Of a DNA stretch of 24,237 bases, positions 16,494 through 24,237 are shown one piece after another (positions within the stretch are counted from its first letter, which is position 1; each line of letters starts with the position of its first letter). This stretch comes from Candidatus Micrarchaeota archaeon (GTDB lineage: Archaea; Micrarchaeota; Micrarchaeia; Norongarragalinales; UBA97): positions 1 through 24,237 of the forward strand of contig JACRGG010000036.1 in the NCBI GenBank assembly GCA_016217775.1. The letters are read 5' to 3'. The notes beneath the pieces were generated by a model, which worked only from the letters and a program-made list of their open reading frames with translations, was not told the DNA's origin and searched no databases. Made by a program: the position numbers and the translations under genes.

Positions 16494-17207
16494 ATGCCTA
16501 AAATGATTGGAAACAAAAATTTTTCACTGGAGTTTCTAAACCGCGTTTTCGCCAACAAGCCCGGGTTTAGCGTAATCCCGTATCGACGGTATTCCTCGCC
16601 CAAAGAGTTTCGAAAAAACCACTTTCCGCCAAACACGCCGCGGCTATTGATTAGGACTAACTTGGACTTGCCTTTCGTGTCCCCTCGAGTTTACGATCAG
16701 CTTCCACGAACCGATTCCACACTCGAGGCGGCGCAAGCGGACTTGATGGGTTTGAATGAGGAATGGCTTAATCGAGTGCACAAACACGAGTCGCTGCAGT
16801 CCGTGGGCGCGCCAATAGAGTTTATCGTCCACCCGACTCGAAAAAGAGAGGATTTCTTGCTTAAGGGAAGCATTCTCTACCTGCCGGGCTTGCGCCAAAC
16901 GCAAGTTATAGTATTTGACAAGAGTATGTCTCCTAATTCAGGAACGTACGACAGCGAGCAAATGCAGATTACCCATAGGGCAAAAATCCTGAAGTACCTT
17001 TCTTCAATCGGAGTTCCCAAAAACCACGCCGAGAACATCCACGCACGGCTTTTGACTGCATTCAAGGAACTAAAATCGAGGGGATTAAAAGAGAATTTCT
17101 TGCAGGAAAAAAGGTATTTCAACGCAAGGTTTACTTTCCTAAAGTCGGAGTTGAAAAAACGCCCTCAAGACGCAAAACTAGAGTTTTACGACTTTCAGTA
17201 CTCCTAA
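16494..17207 (+). CDS. Hypothetical protein (orphan)
   Basis: 237-aa ORF starting 3 nt after the rad50 stop and ending flush with the convergent cca stop (TAATTA). No recognised family. Confidence 0.7.
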   Translation: MPKMIGNKNFSLEFLNRVFANKPGFSVIPYRRYSSPKEFRKNHFPPNTPRLLIRTNLDLPFVSPRVYDQLPRTDSTLEAAQADLMGLNEEWLNRVHKHESLQSVGAPIEFIVHPTRKREDFLLKGSILYLPGLRQTQVIVFDKSMSPNSGTYDSEQMQITHRAKILKYLSSIGVPKNHAENIHARLLTAFKELKSRGLKENFLQEKRYFNARFTFLKSELKKRPQDAKLEFYDFQYS

Positions 17208-18587
17208 TTACTTCCAAAAGCTTTCTTTCCTAGTCAGGTAGTTCTGCAAAAACGCGTTGTTGCCCCCGTCGAGAAGCTGCTGGTTTTCGAGGAGCTTGGC
17301 TTTGCTTAATTCTTTTTCAAACCTCGAGCCGACCGACACGCTGTTCTTGGAGCCAATCATTTCCGCGATTGCCTGCGAAACGTCGCTGTTCGAGCAAATC
17401 GTCTCTACAACCACTCGGTCCTCCGCGACGTACGGCCCGCGAATCGCGTCGCTTTTATGCGCGGCAACGAATTTCTTGACGCTAGTCCACTGCCACGCCG
17501 GGGGACCAACGATTTTCTGCATCAAGTGCTTGTGCTTCGAGTGGAACTCAAACATTAGCAGGCACGAATTCTCGCCGACGAACTCCTGGCAGTCGATAAT
17601 CGGGTAGCCGAGCATCCTGCAATTCGCTTTAATCGAGTGAAGAGTCTTTCGCAACTGCGGCACTAGAATGTCGGAAACAACGTCCTTTGGCTTGGCAAAA
17701 GAAATTCCAAGGAGGAAAGTGTCGCGCTGCGAGAGCTTTTTTTGAAGCGCGTGCTTGTCCAGCTTTTCTTCCCTCGGGTTTTCAAAAAATTTTTTCGAAG
17801 GGTTCTCCAAAAAAGATTTCGCCAACGCAATGAACTTGCAAAAGCTAGTCAGCGATACCGACGCGGCGGCGTTGCGCCGCTTGTCAATCGCGTCAACCAA
17901 AATAAGGGGGGAGGAAAACTCTTTCGCCAAGTCATCGCCCGTGTGGTGCGCCTCGACGTCAACGATTACTTGCGGCTTCCACGAACTCGCGGCAACAAGC
18001 AATCCAAGCAGGCTTCGGTAGTTTAAAATCAAGTACTCGCAGACTATTCCCGAGAACCCGCCGACATTGACTTCCGCCCCGTAAACCCCGCTTACCTTAA
18101 GCAGTTTTTTTAAGAGCCTCACGTCGCGCTTTTGGTGCGCGTTAAGCCTTTTCTGCAAGTAATCCATATGCAATGGCGAGCGGTCAACCGCGGACTTGAT
18201 GTCCTGGTGCGGCGCGGTCTTAAAGCACGGGATTACCTCGACTTTAAACCCGCCGATTTGCGCCTGCAGGTAAGGGTGCTGGGCGTAATGCATTTCCCAC
18301 TTTCCGGCAACGCTGCGCTTGACCGCGTCAATCGTCCGCTTTACAATTAATTCCTCGTCCAACTCGCGGGGGTAGCTGACGAACAAGTCGATGTCGCGGT
18401 CGTTTCGCAGCCCGGTGTCGCGCGCCGCGCTTCCAACCCAGAAAATGTCCGCGCCTTTTCCGACTTGCGCGATTATCTTCCCCGCGATTTTAGCGGCGAA
18501 CTCTTTTTCCTCCTCGGCTTCCGCTCGCGTGGGGCTGATTTGCGCAGCCGCGTGGATGAAAATCTTTTCGTAAACACCGTCGTCCAT
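17208..18587 (-). CDS. cca: CCA-adding enzyme (archaeal class I tRNA nucleotidyltransferase)
   Basis: GSAARDTGLRNDRDIDLF nucleotidyltransferase signature, YAQHPY, SAVDRSPLH, GGFSGIVCEYL and DAIDKRRNAAAS. TTTAAA box at 18613-18618. Confidence 0.95.
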   Translation of the reverse strand: MDDGVYEKIFIHAAAQISPTRAEAEEEKEFAAKIAGKIIAQVGKGADIFWVGSAARDTGLRNDRDIDLFVSYPRELDEELIVKRTIDAVKRSVAGKWEMHYAQHPYLQAQIGGFKVEVIPCFKTAPHQDIKSAVDRSPLHMDYLQKRLNAHQKRDVRLLKKLLKVSGVYGAEVNVGGFSGIVCEYLILNYRSLLGLLVAASSWKPQVIVDVEAHHTGDDLAKEFSSPLILVDAIDKRRNAAASVSLTSFCKFIALAKSFLENPSKKFFENPREEKLDKHALQKKLSQRDTFLLGISFAKPKDVVSDILVPQLRKTLHSIKANCRMLGYPIIDCQEFVGENSCLLMFEFHSKHKHLMQKIVGPPAWQWTSVKKFVAAHKSDAIRGPYVAEDRVVVETICSNSDVSQAIAEMIGSKNSVSVGSRFEKELSKAKLLENQQLLDGGNNAFLQNYLTRKESFWK

Positions 18588-18643
18588 ACTACCTCAAATA
18601 AGCTGGGCTTTCTTTAAAATCATAGCTTAATTCGGTTTTTTCT

Positions 18644-18837
18644 TTTTCCGTTAACGCTTTTTCAGCATTGTGAGGAAAAGGGTTAGTGTGCCATTTTCCG
18701 TTAACGCTTTTTCAGCATTGTGAGGAAAAGGGTTAGTGTGCCATTTTCCGTTAACGCTTTTCGAGCAAAGCGAGGAAAAGGGTTAGTGTGCCATTTTCCG
18801 TTAACGCTTTTCGAGCAAAGCGAGGAAAAGGGTTAGT
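18644..18837. repeat. Non-coding tandem array of 4 x 50 bp units (last copy 44 bp), variants ordered A-A-B-B
   Basis: Units start at 18644, 18694, 18744 and 18794. A = TTTTCCGTTAACGCTTTTTCAGCATTGTGAGGAAAAGGGTTAGTGTGCCA; B = TTTTCCGTTAACGCTTTTCGAGCAAAGCGAGGAAAAGGGTTAGTGTGCCA. The five differences lie within an 11-nt central block. Confidence 0.97.
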
Positions 18838-18866
18838 TTATTTAAGCGCCTTTAAGTTGTTTTTAT

Positions 18867-20294
18867 ATGCCCGCGCAATTAAAGCACGCTTACCCCTTAA
18901 GCGATTACGCCTACTCGCCAAACGAGCTTACGGAGAGCGAGAGGAAGGAGTTTGCGGCGCTTAAGGACTTTTTCTTGAGGAAGAAAACAGTTTCAGACAT
19001 TTCCGCGGCGATTCCCGACTCCGCTAGGCAAAAGGCGTTGTTGGACTTGCAGCACGAGCTCTCGTTAAACGCGCCGAACACCCCGCTTGCAACCGACGAC
19101 AAGAAGCGCTTTGAGCAAAGCCTCTCGCAAATAAGCTCTAGCACTAAAGTCGCGAAGGCGGTCTTGGACGACTTGTACGGCTACCGCGTGATACAGCCTT
19201 TAATGGACGACGAGGGGCTTGAGGAAATAATGGTTAACGGCCTAGAGCCGATTCTAGTCTACCACCGCCAACTGGGGTTTTGCAAGACGAACCTGTTTTT
19301 CCAAAACGACTTGGAGTTAAGCAAGTTCACCGCCCAGCTCACTCCAATCGGCGGCAAGCAGCTTGAGGACATTAAGATGGCTGACGGCAGCCGGTGCAAC
19401 ATAGTCTTTCCTCCAAGCAGTTTGCAGACGACGGTTACGATAAGAAAATTCAAGAAACAGCCTTTCAGCATCCTCGACTTGATTAAAAACCAGACGATTA
19501 CCCTAGACTTGGCGGCGTTTCTATGGGCGGCAATGGATGGAATGCTGTTGTACCCGATGAACATCCTCGTAGTTGGCGGGACGGCGAGCGGGAAGACGAC
19601 TACGCTAAACGCGTTAAGCACTTTCATCCCCCCAAACGAGCGCATCATAACGATTGAGGACAGCCTCGAGTTGAGTTTCCTCAACCGCCAAAACTGGGTG
19701 AGGCTCGAGGCGAAGAAAAGCTCGCTTGAGGAACTCGTGAAAAACTCGCTTCGAATGCGCCCCGACCGTTTAGTGGTTGGCGAAGTGCGCGGGTCGGAGG
19801 CTGAAATGCTTTTCACCGCGATGAACGTGGGGCACCGCGGAGTGCTCGGCACCCTCCACGCGAATTCAGACCGCGATGCGATAACAAGGCTTGAAAACGC
19901 GCCGATGAACGTGCCGCGCGCGCTGATTCCCCTAGTCGACATTATTCTAGTCCAGCACCGCATTTTGGACAGGCGAAAGGGATTAGTCAAGCGCGTGACT
20001 CAAGTGAGCGAAGTATCGCGCATTGAGGACAAGATTGCGCTCAACGAGATTTACTCGTTTGACATTACCGCAGACTCGCTAAACCGCACTGCGCTCCCCT
20101 CGCAAACCCGCGAGAAGCTCGCCAAGGCCATCACCATCCCGCAATCCGAGGTTGACGCCGAGATTGGAAAGCGCCGCGAGTTATTGTCTTATATGCTCGA
20201 GAAGGGAATCACCAGCCCGCAGCACGTGAACTTATTTATGGAAAAATACTACGCGGAAGTAACCCCAAAGCCGGTGCAGCGCGACTCGGATTAA
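18867..20294 (+). CDS. Type IV pilus/secretion ATPase (CpaF/TadA/VirB11 family)
   Basis: LEEIMVNG, TVTIRKF, Walker A GGTASGKTT, ITIEDSLEL, LRMRPDRLVVGEVRG and His box GHRGVLGTLHAN. Confidence 0.93.
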   Translation: MPAQLKHAYPLSDYAYSPNELTESERKEFAALKDFFLRKKTVSDISAAIPDSARQKALLDLQHELSLNAPNTPLATDDKKRFEQSLSQISSSTKVAKAVLDDLYGYRVIQPLMDDEGLEEIMVNGLEPILVYHRQLGFCKTNLFFQNDLELSKFTAQLTPIGGKQLEDIKMADGSRCNIVFPPSSLQTTVTIRKFKKQPFSILDLIKNQTITLDLAAFLWAAMDGMLLYPMNILVVGGTASGKTTTLNALSTFIPPNERIITIEDSLELSFLNRQNWVRLEAKKSSLEELVKNSLRMRPDRLVVGEVRGSEAEMLFTAMNVGHRGVLGTLHANSDRDAITRLENAPMNVPRALIPLVDIILVQHRILDRRKGLVKRVTQVSEVSRIEDKIALNEIYSFDITADSLNRTALPSQTREKLAKAITIPQSEVDAEIGKRRELLSYMLEKGITSPQHVNLFMEKYYAEVTPKPVQRDSD

Positions 20295-20404
20295 ATCCTA
20301 TGGCGGCTGCTTTGGATTGTTTGCCTCGGGAATTCCTAGAAAATGCCTTCGTTGGAAAGCCTTAAAACCAGCGCGTATTATTATCTTTCCTTAGTGGCAT
20401 TACG

Positions 20405-21253
20405 ATGAAAAAAACCGTTTTAACCGCATTTTTTCTAGCCCTTGCCTTCACCGCATTGGGCTCAAGCTCGTACATTAAAATAACCGACCCCGTTTTCGCG
20501 CAAATAAATTCGGGCGCTGCCGCCTCCGATTCCATAAGCTTAGGCGTTGCCGGCCCGGGGCAAACACTGGAGTTAACCGCCGGCACTGACACGGGGGAGC
20601 AAAGCGCGAACTTGTCGACCGAGGGGAAAATCGCGAATTGGAATGTTCTTAGGATAATCCCCTCTTCACTTCCAAGCGGGTGGATGAATGAAGACAGCCA
20701 GGAATTCTCCTCGCCGATGAAAGCGCGCGTGATAATCCCGAAGAACGCCGCTGACGGCGAGTACTCGTTCACCGTGCAGGCGGTGGACAACTACGAGGGA
20801 GTCGCACCGCTGTCGTTTAAGGCCAAGGCTATCGTCTCAAAAGACGTCTTTGACTTTCGCCTCTCGTCCGACCCGGTTAAAGTCGCGGTAGGCCAAAAAG
20901 CTGTTTACTCGTTCGAGCTGTTCAACAAGGGCTCCGCGAGCGACGTGTTCGAGTTGAGCACGATTGGATTGCCCGAGCAGTATTCCGTGAAGAAAACCGT
21001 TTTCGTCCCAAAGGCGAGCAAGGCAACCGAATCAATAGAGCTAAGCTTCCGCGAGCCGAAGGAATACCCCGTGACGTTTAGCGCGGTTTCCCTATCCGGC
21101 CCCGCAATCAACGGCGTTCAGAAGGCAACATTGTTCGTCGGCAGCGACTTTGTTTCAGAAGCCAAGGCTGCCGGGCGCGGAGTGCTGTTGTTCCCAAGCG
21201 CGGAAAACGCCTTGTACTCAATCATTTCGTTTTTAGCCAACTTGCTGTTCTAA
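20405..21253 (+). CDS. Secreted/cell-surface protein with Ig-like (NEW3/CARDB-like) domains
   Basis: Signal peptide MKKTVLTAFFLALAFTALGSSS, beta-rich repeats (GEYSFTVQA; FELFNKGSASDVFELSTIGLP) and a hydrophobic C-terminus ALYSIISFLANLLF. Confidence 0.7.
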   Translation: MKKTVLTAFFLALAFTALGSSSYIKITDPVFAQINSGAAASDSISLGVAGPGQTLELTAGTDTGEQSANLSTEGKIANWNVLRIIPSSLPSGWMNEDSQEFSSPMKARVIIPKNAADGEYSFTVQAVDNYEGVAPLSFKAKAIVSKDVFDFRLSSDPVKVAVGQKAVYSFELFNKGSASDVFELSTIGLPEQYSVKKTVFVPKASKATESIELSFREPKEYPVTFSAVSLSGPAINGVQKATLFVGSDFVSEAKAAGRGVLLFPSAENALYSIISFLANLLF

Positions 21254-21382
21254 ACTCACAACCCAAAAGCGATTTCGTGCATTTATATTGTTTAATTTCC
21301 TTCCTTTCCCTAAGCAAGATTATCTGCGCTAGTGGCGCAATAAAATCAATGGTGCAATAAAATTACTGGAGCAAAAATACAA

Positions 21383-22960
21383 ATGGTTTCAACTGGCGAA
21401 GCGGAGTTAACTAAGCAATTCGCGCGCGACTTGTTCAAGGCAATAGGCGAAGGGCTGGAGAGGAAAAAACTCGATTCGTTCAAGCGCGCGGCGTGCGCGA
21501 GGCTTCATTTGCCCAACGCGCCGAAAAACCACGTGCTGCTGCACTTCGCGCCTAAAAACAAGAGGGAGCTCTACAAAAGCGTGTTGATGAAAACCCCGAT
21601 GCGTAGTTCCTCCGGGGTGAGCGTGGTTGCGGTGATGCCAAAGTACTTCCACTGCTATGGATTATGCACTTACTGCCCGACTAGCTCCATCGCGCCGAAA
21701 AGCTACACTGGATACGAGCCCGCCGCCCTGCGCGCGCGCCACAATGATTTCAACGCGTTTGCCCAAGTCCGCTCGAGGCTAAAACAGTTTATTGAAAACG
21801 GCCACACGCCCTCCAAGTGCGAGCTAATCGTGATGGGCGGAACTTTCAACGCATTCGCGCCTAAATACCAAAACGAGTTTGTCAAGGACTGCTTTGACGC
21901 GTTCAACGCGAAAAAAAGCGCGACCCTGGCGCAGGCGCAAAAACTCAACGAGAAATCAAAGCACCGCGTAATCGGCCTGACGTTTGAAACGCGCCCCGAT
22001 TGGGCGGGCAGAAAGCAAGTAAGCGCCTTATTGGACTTTGGCGCGACGCGAATAGAGCTGGGCGTCCAGACTCTCGACGATGCGGTGCAAAAAAAGACCA
22101 AGCGCGGCCACGGGTTGAAGGAAACAATCGACGCGACGAAAAACGTGAAGGACGCGTTCTTGAAAGTCGGCTACCACGTGATGCCCGGGCTTTACTCAAC
22201 GCCGGGAAAAGACGCTTTAATGGCGAAAAAGCTTTTTTCAAACCCCAATTTGCGCCCGGATATGCTGAAAATCTACCCCGCGCTGGTGATTGCGGGAACG
22301 GCGTTGTTTGATGAATGGCGGCTAGGGTAATTTACTCCTTATTCGACTCAAGAAGCGGCGCTGGCAATAGCGGGAATGAAGAAATTCGTTCCGCCGTACT
22401 GCCGCATAATGCGCGTCGACCGCGACATTCCAACCCACCAGATTTCAGGCGGGGTGAAAAACCTTAATTTGCGCGAGCTCGTGCAAAAAGAATGCGCGAA
22501 TACGGGAATCGTCTGCCAGTGCATCCGCTGCCGCGAAATCGGGCTGAACGAAGTCAAAAACGGGCGAAAGCTAGACTGGGCTTCGCTGCGCCTGGAGACG
22601 ATAAAGTACGGCGCGAGCGGGGGAAAAGAGTTTTTCATCCAGCTAGTCGACGATGCCAACTTGCTCGCGGGATTTTGCAGGCTGCGCTTTCCCCGCGAAA
22701 CGTACAGGCCGGAGTTGGATTCCACGACCGCGGGCGTGCGCGAGCTGCGCGTTTTCGGCACTCAAGTGCCGGTGGATGAGAAAATCGAGAAAGCAGCGCA
22801 GCACAAGGGGCTTGGGAAAAAATTATTGGCGAAAGCAGAGGAAATCGCGGGCGAAAACGGGTTTGAAAAACTCGCCGTCACATCGGGGGTGGGCGCGCGC
22901 GAGTACTACAAAAAACTAGGGTTTAAGCAAACGGGCGCTTACGTCGTAAAACGCCTGTAA
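21383..22960 (+). pseudogene. elp3: Elp3 tRNA U34 acetyltransferase (radical SAM + GNAT), interrupted by one in-frame TAA at codon 316
   Basis: RSSSGVSVVAVM, CYGLCTYC, KCELIVMGGTF, ETRPD, RIELGVQ and PDMLKIYP, then TAA 22328-22330. The same frame resumes FTPYSTQEA...RIMRVDRDIP...CQCIRCREIG...VRELRVFG...QHKGLGKKLL. The read-through product would be 525 aa. Confidence 0.88.
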
Positions 22961-23081
22961 AACCGGTTTAAAAACTCGTTGTTTTCCCCCTTGTTTTTCC
23001 AGTTGTTTTCAAGCCGTTTGCTAGTGTTTAAAAGCTTTCAAAAACAAAGTTTTTCAACAAGGTTTTTAGAGGTAGAATTTT

Positions 23082-23522
23082 ATGGCCGAGGAAGAAAAAA
23101 ACGCCCCGATTAACGCGGAAAACCCAGCTGCGGCTGCGGGCGCCGAGGAAGGCGAGGACGAGGACGACGAGAGCGAGTACCTGCCGTTTCCAAACGCGCG
23201 CGTAGTGAAGATAATCAAGCAGAGCCTGACCAACGAGCACCAATTAAAGCGCGACGTGAAAATAGGCGCGAACGTGCTGCTTGGGGACATATTATCCGAC
23301 ATTGCCAAGTCAATGAACGACGAGGAGTACTTCACGCTCTCAATCGAGCATTTTAACAAGGCGGCCAAGAAATACCGCGACATTGCGTTAAACCAAAAGA
23401 GAATCGTGAAAATAAAGAAGATTCTTGAGAAGCAGCGCGCGGAAATCGACGAGCAAATCGCCCAGCTGGAACTCGACCTAGTCGAGCAGGAAGGCTCGGG
23501 AAGGCTGCCTCCGACAAGATAA
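23082..23522 (+). CDS. Histone-fold protein (NF-YB/HMf-like) with an acidic N-tail and C-terminal coiled coil
   Basis: LPFPNARVVKIIK resembles the histone-fold alpha1 start (LPxAxxxRIIK); a long alpha2 follows (RDVKIGANVLLGDILSDIAKSM). Residues 22-32 are EEGEDEDDESE, and the C-terminus has heptad-like IKKILEKQRAEIDEQIAQLELDL. Confidence 0.7.
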   Translation: MAEEEKNAPINAENPAAAAGAEEGEDEDDESEYLPFPNARVVKIIKQSLTNEHQLKRDVKIGANVLLGDILSDIAKSMNDEEYFTLSIEHFNKAAKKYRDIALNQKRIVKIKKILEKQRAEIDEQIAQLELDLVEQEGSGRLPPTR

Positions 23523-23543
23523 TTCGAGTCCCCGGCATTAAAT

Positions 23544-23594
23544 CTTTATTTTTAATTTATTTTTTTGTTTTTATTTTTTTAATTTGTTTTTTTT
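23544..23594 (+). terminator. T-rich tract, putative archaeal intrinsic terminator
   Basis: About 50 nt of almost pure T runs directly after the histone-fold gene stop. Confidence 0.5.
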
Positions 23595-23619
23595 GAAAAC
23601 CCGTTTGGTGAAAATCCTT

Positions 23620-24237
23620 TTGGAAGAACCGTCCCCGCAACAACCCGTTCAACAACCTGCGGCGCAACATCCAATTCAACAACCAGCGCAGGCTCAAGGC
23701 GGGCAATCGGCTGTTTTTGGCTTGAAGGCCAAGGCCCGGCAGGCCCTCGTCGACTTGCGCGCGACAAGCTCTGAAAACCGCGCGCGCATTGACTCGCTGA
23801 AAAAACTTTTTTCAACCGCGAACACAGAGAAGCTCGCGCGGGAAGAGGCGAACAAGGGGGCGGCTGCGCTGCGCGGGCAGAAAACCGAGTTAACCGCGCA
23901 AGCAATTTCATTGAAGAAGGAGCTCAAGTCGCTTAACGATTCGGTGAAAAAAGCGACTGGGGGTAAGTTGGTTGGCTCCGCGGACGAGTTAATGCAGAAA
24001 CTAGAGCACCTGGAGTGGCAGCAGCAGACTTGCGCGAGCCTGGGGAAGGAAAGGGAGCTTTCAAAGCAAATCAAGGCGTTGGAAAAGGACTTGCCTGCCG
24101 CGAAGAAATTCAAGGAATTGCGCGCGCAGATAAGAAAAAAGCGCGAGGAGTTGGAGCCGGTGGAGAAGCGACTCGACGAGGTTTTCGGGAAACTGCGCGC
24201 CTTCACTGCCGACGGGAAGAAGCACCACGAGAACCTC
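23620..24237 (+). CDS. Archaeal coiled-coil protein (COG1340-like), truncated by the window edge
   Basis: Absent from the ORF track. The + frame is open from 23593 to the end. TTG 23620 has GGTGA 8 nt upstream, giving MEEPSPQQPVQQPAAQHPIQQPAQ...KLEHLEWQQQTCASLGKERELSKQIKALEK. The LEWxQQT...KERELxxxI segment resembles this family. Confidence 0.7.
   Translation, partial: MEEPSPQQPVQQPAAQHPIQQPAQAQGGQSAVFGLKAKARQALVDLRATSSENRARIDSLKKLFSTANTEKLAREEANKGAAALRGQKTELTAQAISLKKELKSLNDSVKKATGGKLVGSADELMQKLEHLEWQQQTCASLGKERELSKQIKALEKDLPAAKKFKELRAQIRKKREELEPVEKRLDEVFGKLRAFTADGKKHHENL

Noticed and set aside
18644-18837. CRISPR array interpretation of the 50-bp repeats
   Set aside because: The variable block is only 11 nt and occurs in identical pairs, so there are no unique spacers, and no cas genes are in the window.
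18644-18837. Replication origin (ORB) interpretation
   Set aside because: GGAAAAGGGT loosely recalls an ORB G-string, but the TTCCAnnGGAAA-type core is absent, and there is no cdc6/orc1 gene or clear unwinding element nearby.
11141-22330. Alternative genetic code or Sec recoding explaining the internal stops
   Set aside because: The two internal stops differ (TGA, TAA), and both codons end many normal genes here (TGA at 1410, 3053, 3438, 3839, 4813, 16490; TAA at 6974, 12865, 20294). The methyltransferase also needs a frameshift.
23523-23535. TTCGAGTCCCGGC resembling a tRNA T-loop
   Set aside because: There is no paired T-stem or cloverleaf; the upstream sequence is histone coding region.
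195-24206. Long shadow ORFs in the track (e.g. 195-530 +, 1248-1979 +, 14338-14922 -, 19259-19990 -, 23694-24206 -)
   Set aside because: They overlap well-supported genes in other frames or strands and have no recognisable motifs.

Overview
Archaeal chromosomal window with standard genetic code, archaeal-type TATA boxes and GGTGA/GGAGG ribosome-binding sites. The gene content and compact layout suggest a small-genome DPANN archaeon, possibly Micrarchaeota-like (inference, not a database result). Housekeeping genes are pelota, gatB, nurA, pth2, ilvE, rad50, cca and elp3. Accessory content includes a truncated archaeal ATPase, a VapBC toxin-antitoxin pair, two orphans and a SAM-methyltransferase pseudogene. 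The points of most interest are: (i) a surface module at 1024-5579, with a membrane-anchored OB-fold protein, a TctA/DUF112-like polytopic membrane protein and four Cys-paired class III signal-peptide (pilin-like) proteins, the last with a discoidin-like domain; (ii) a non-coding 4 x 50 bp tandem array in an A-A-B-B pattern, directly upstream of an orphan pilus ATPase; (iii) elp3 broken by one in-frame TAA; (iv) a non-canonical histone-fold protein with an acidic tail and a coiled coil. No rRNA, tRNA, CRISPR array or transposase was recognised. All product calls come from motif reading only.
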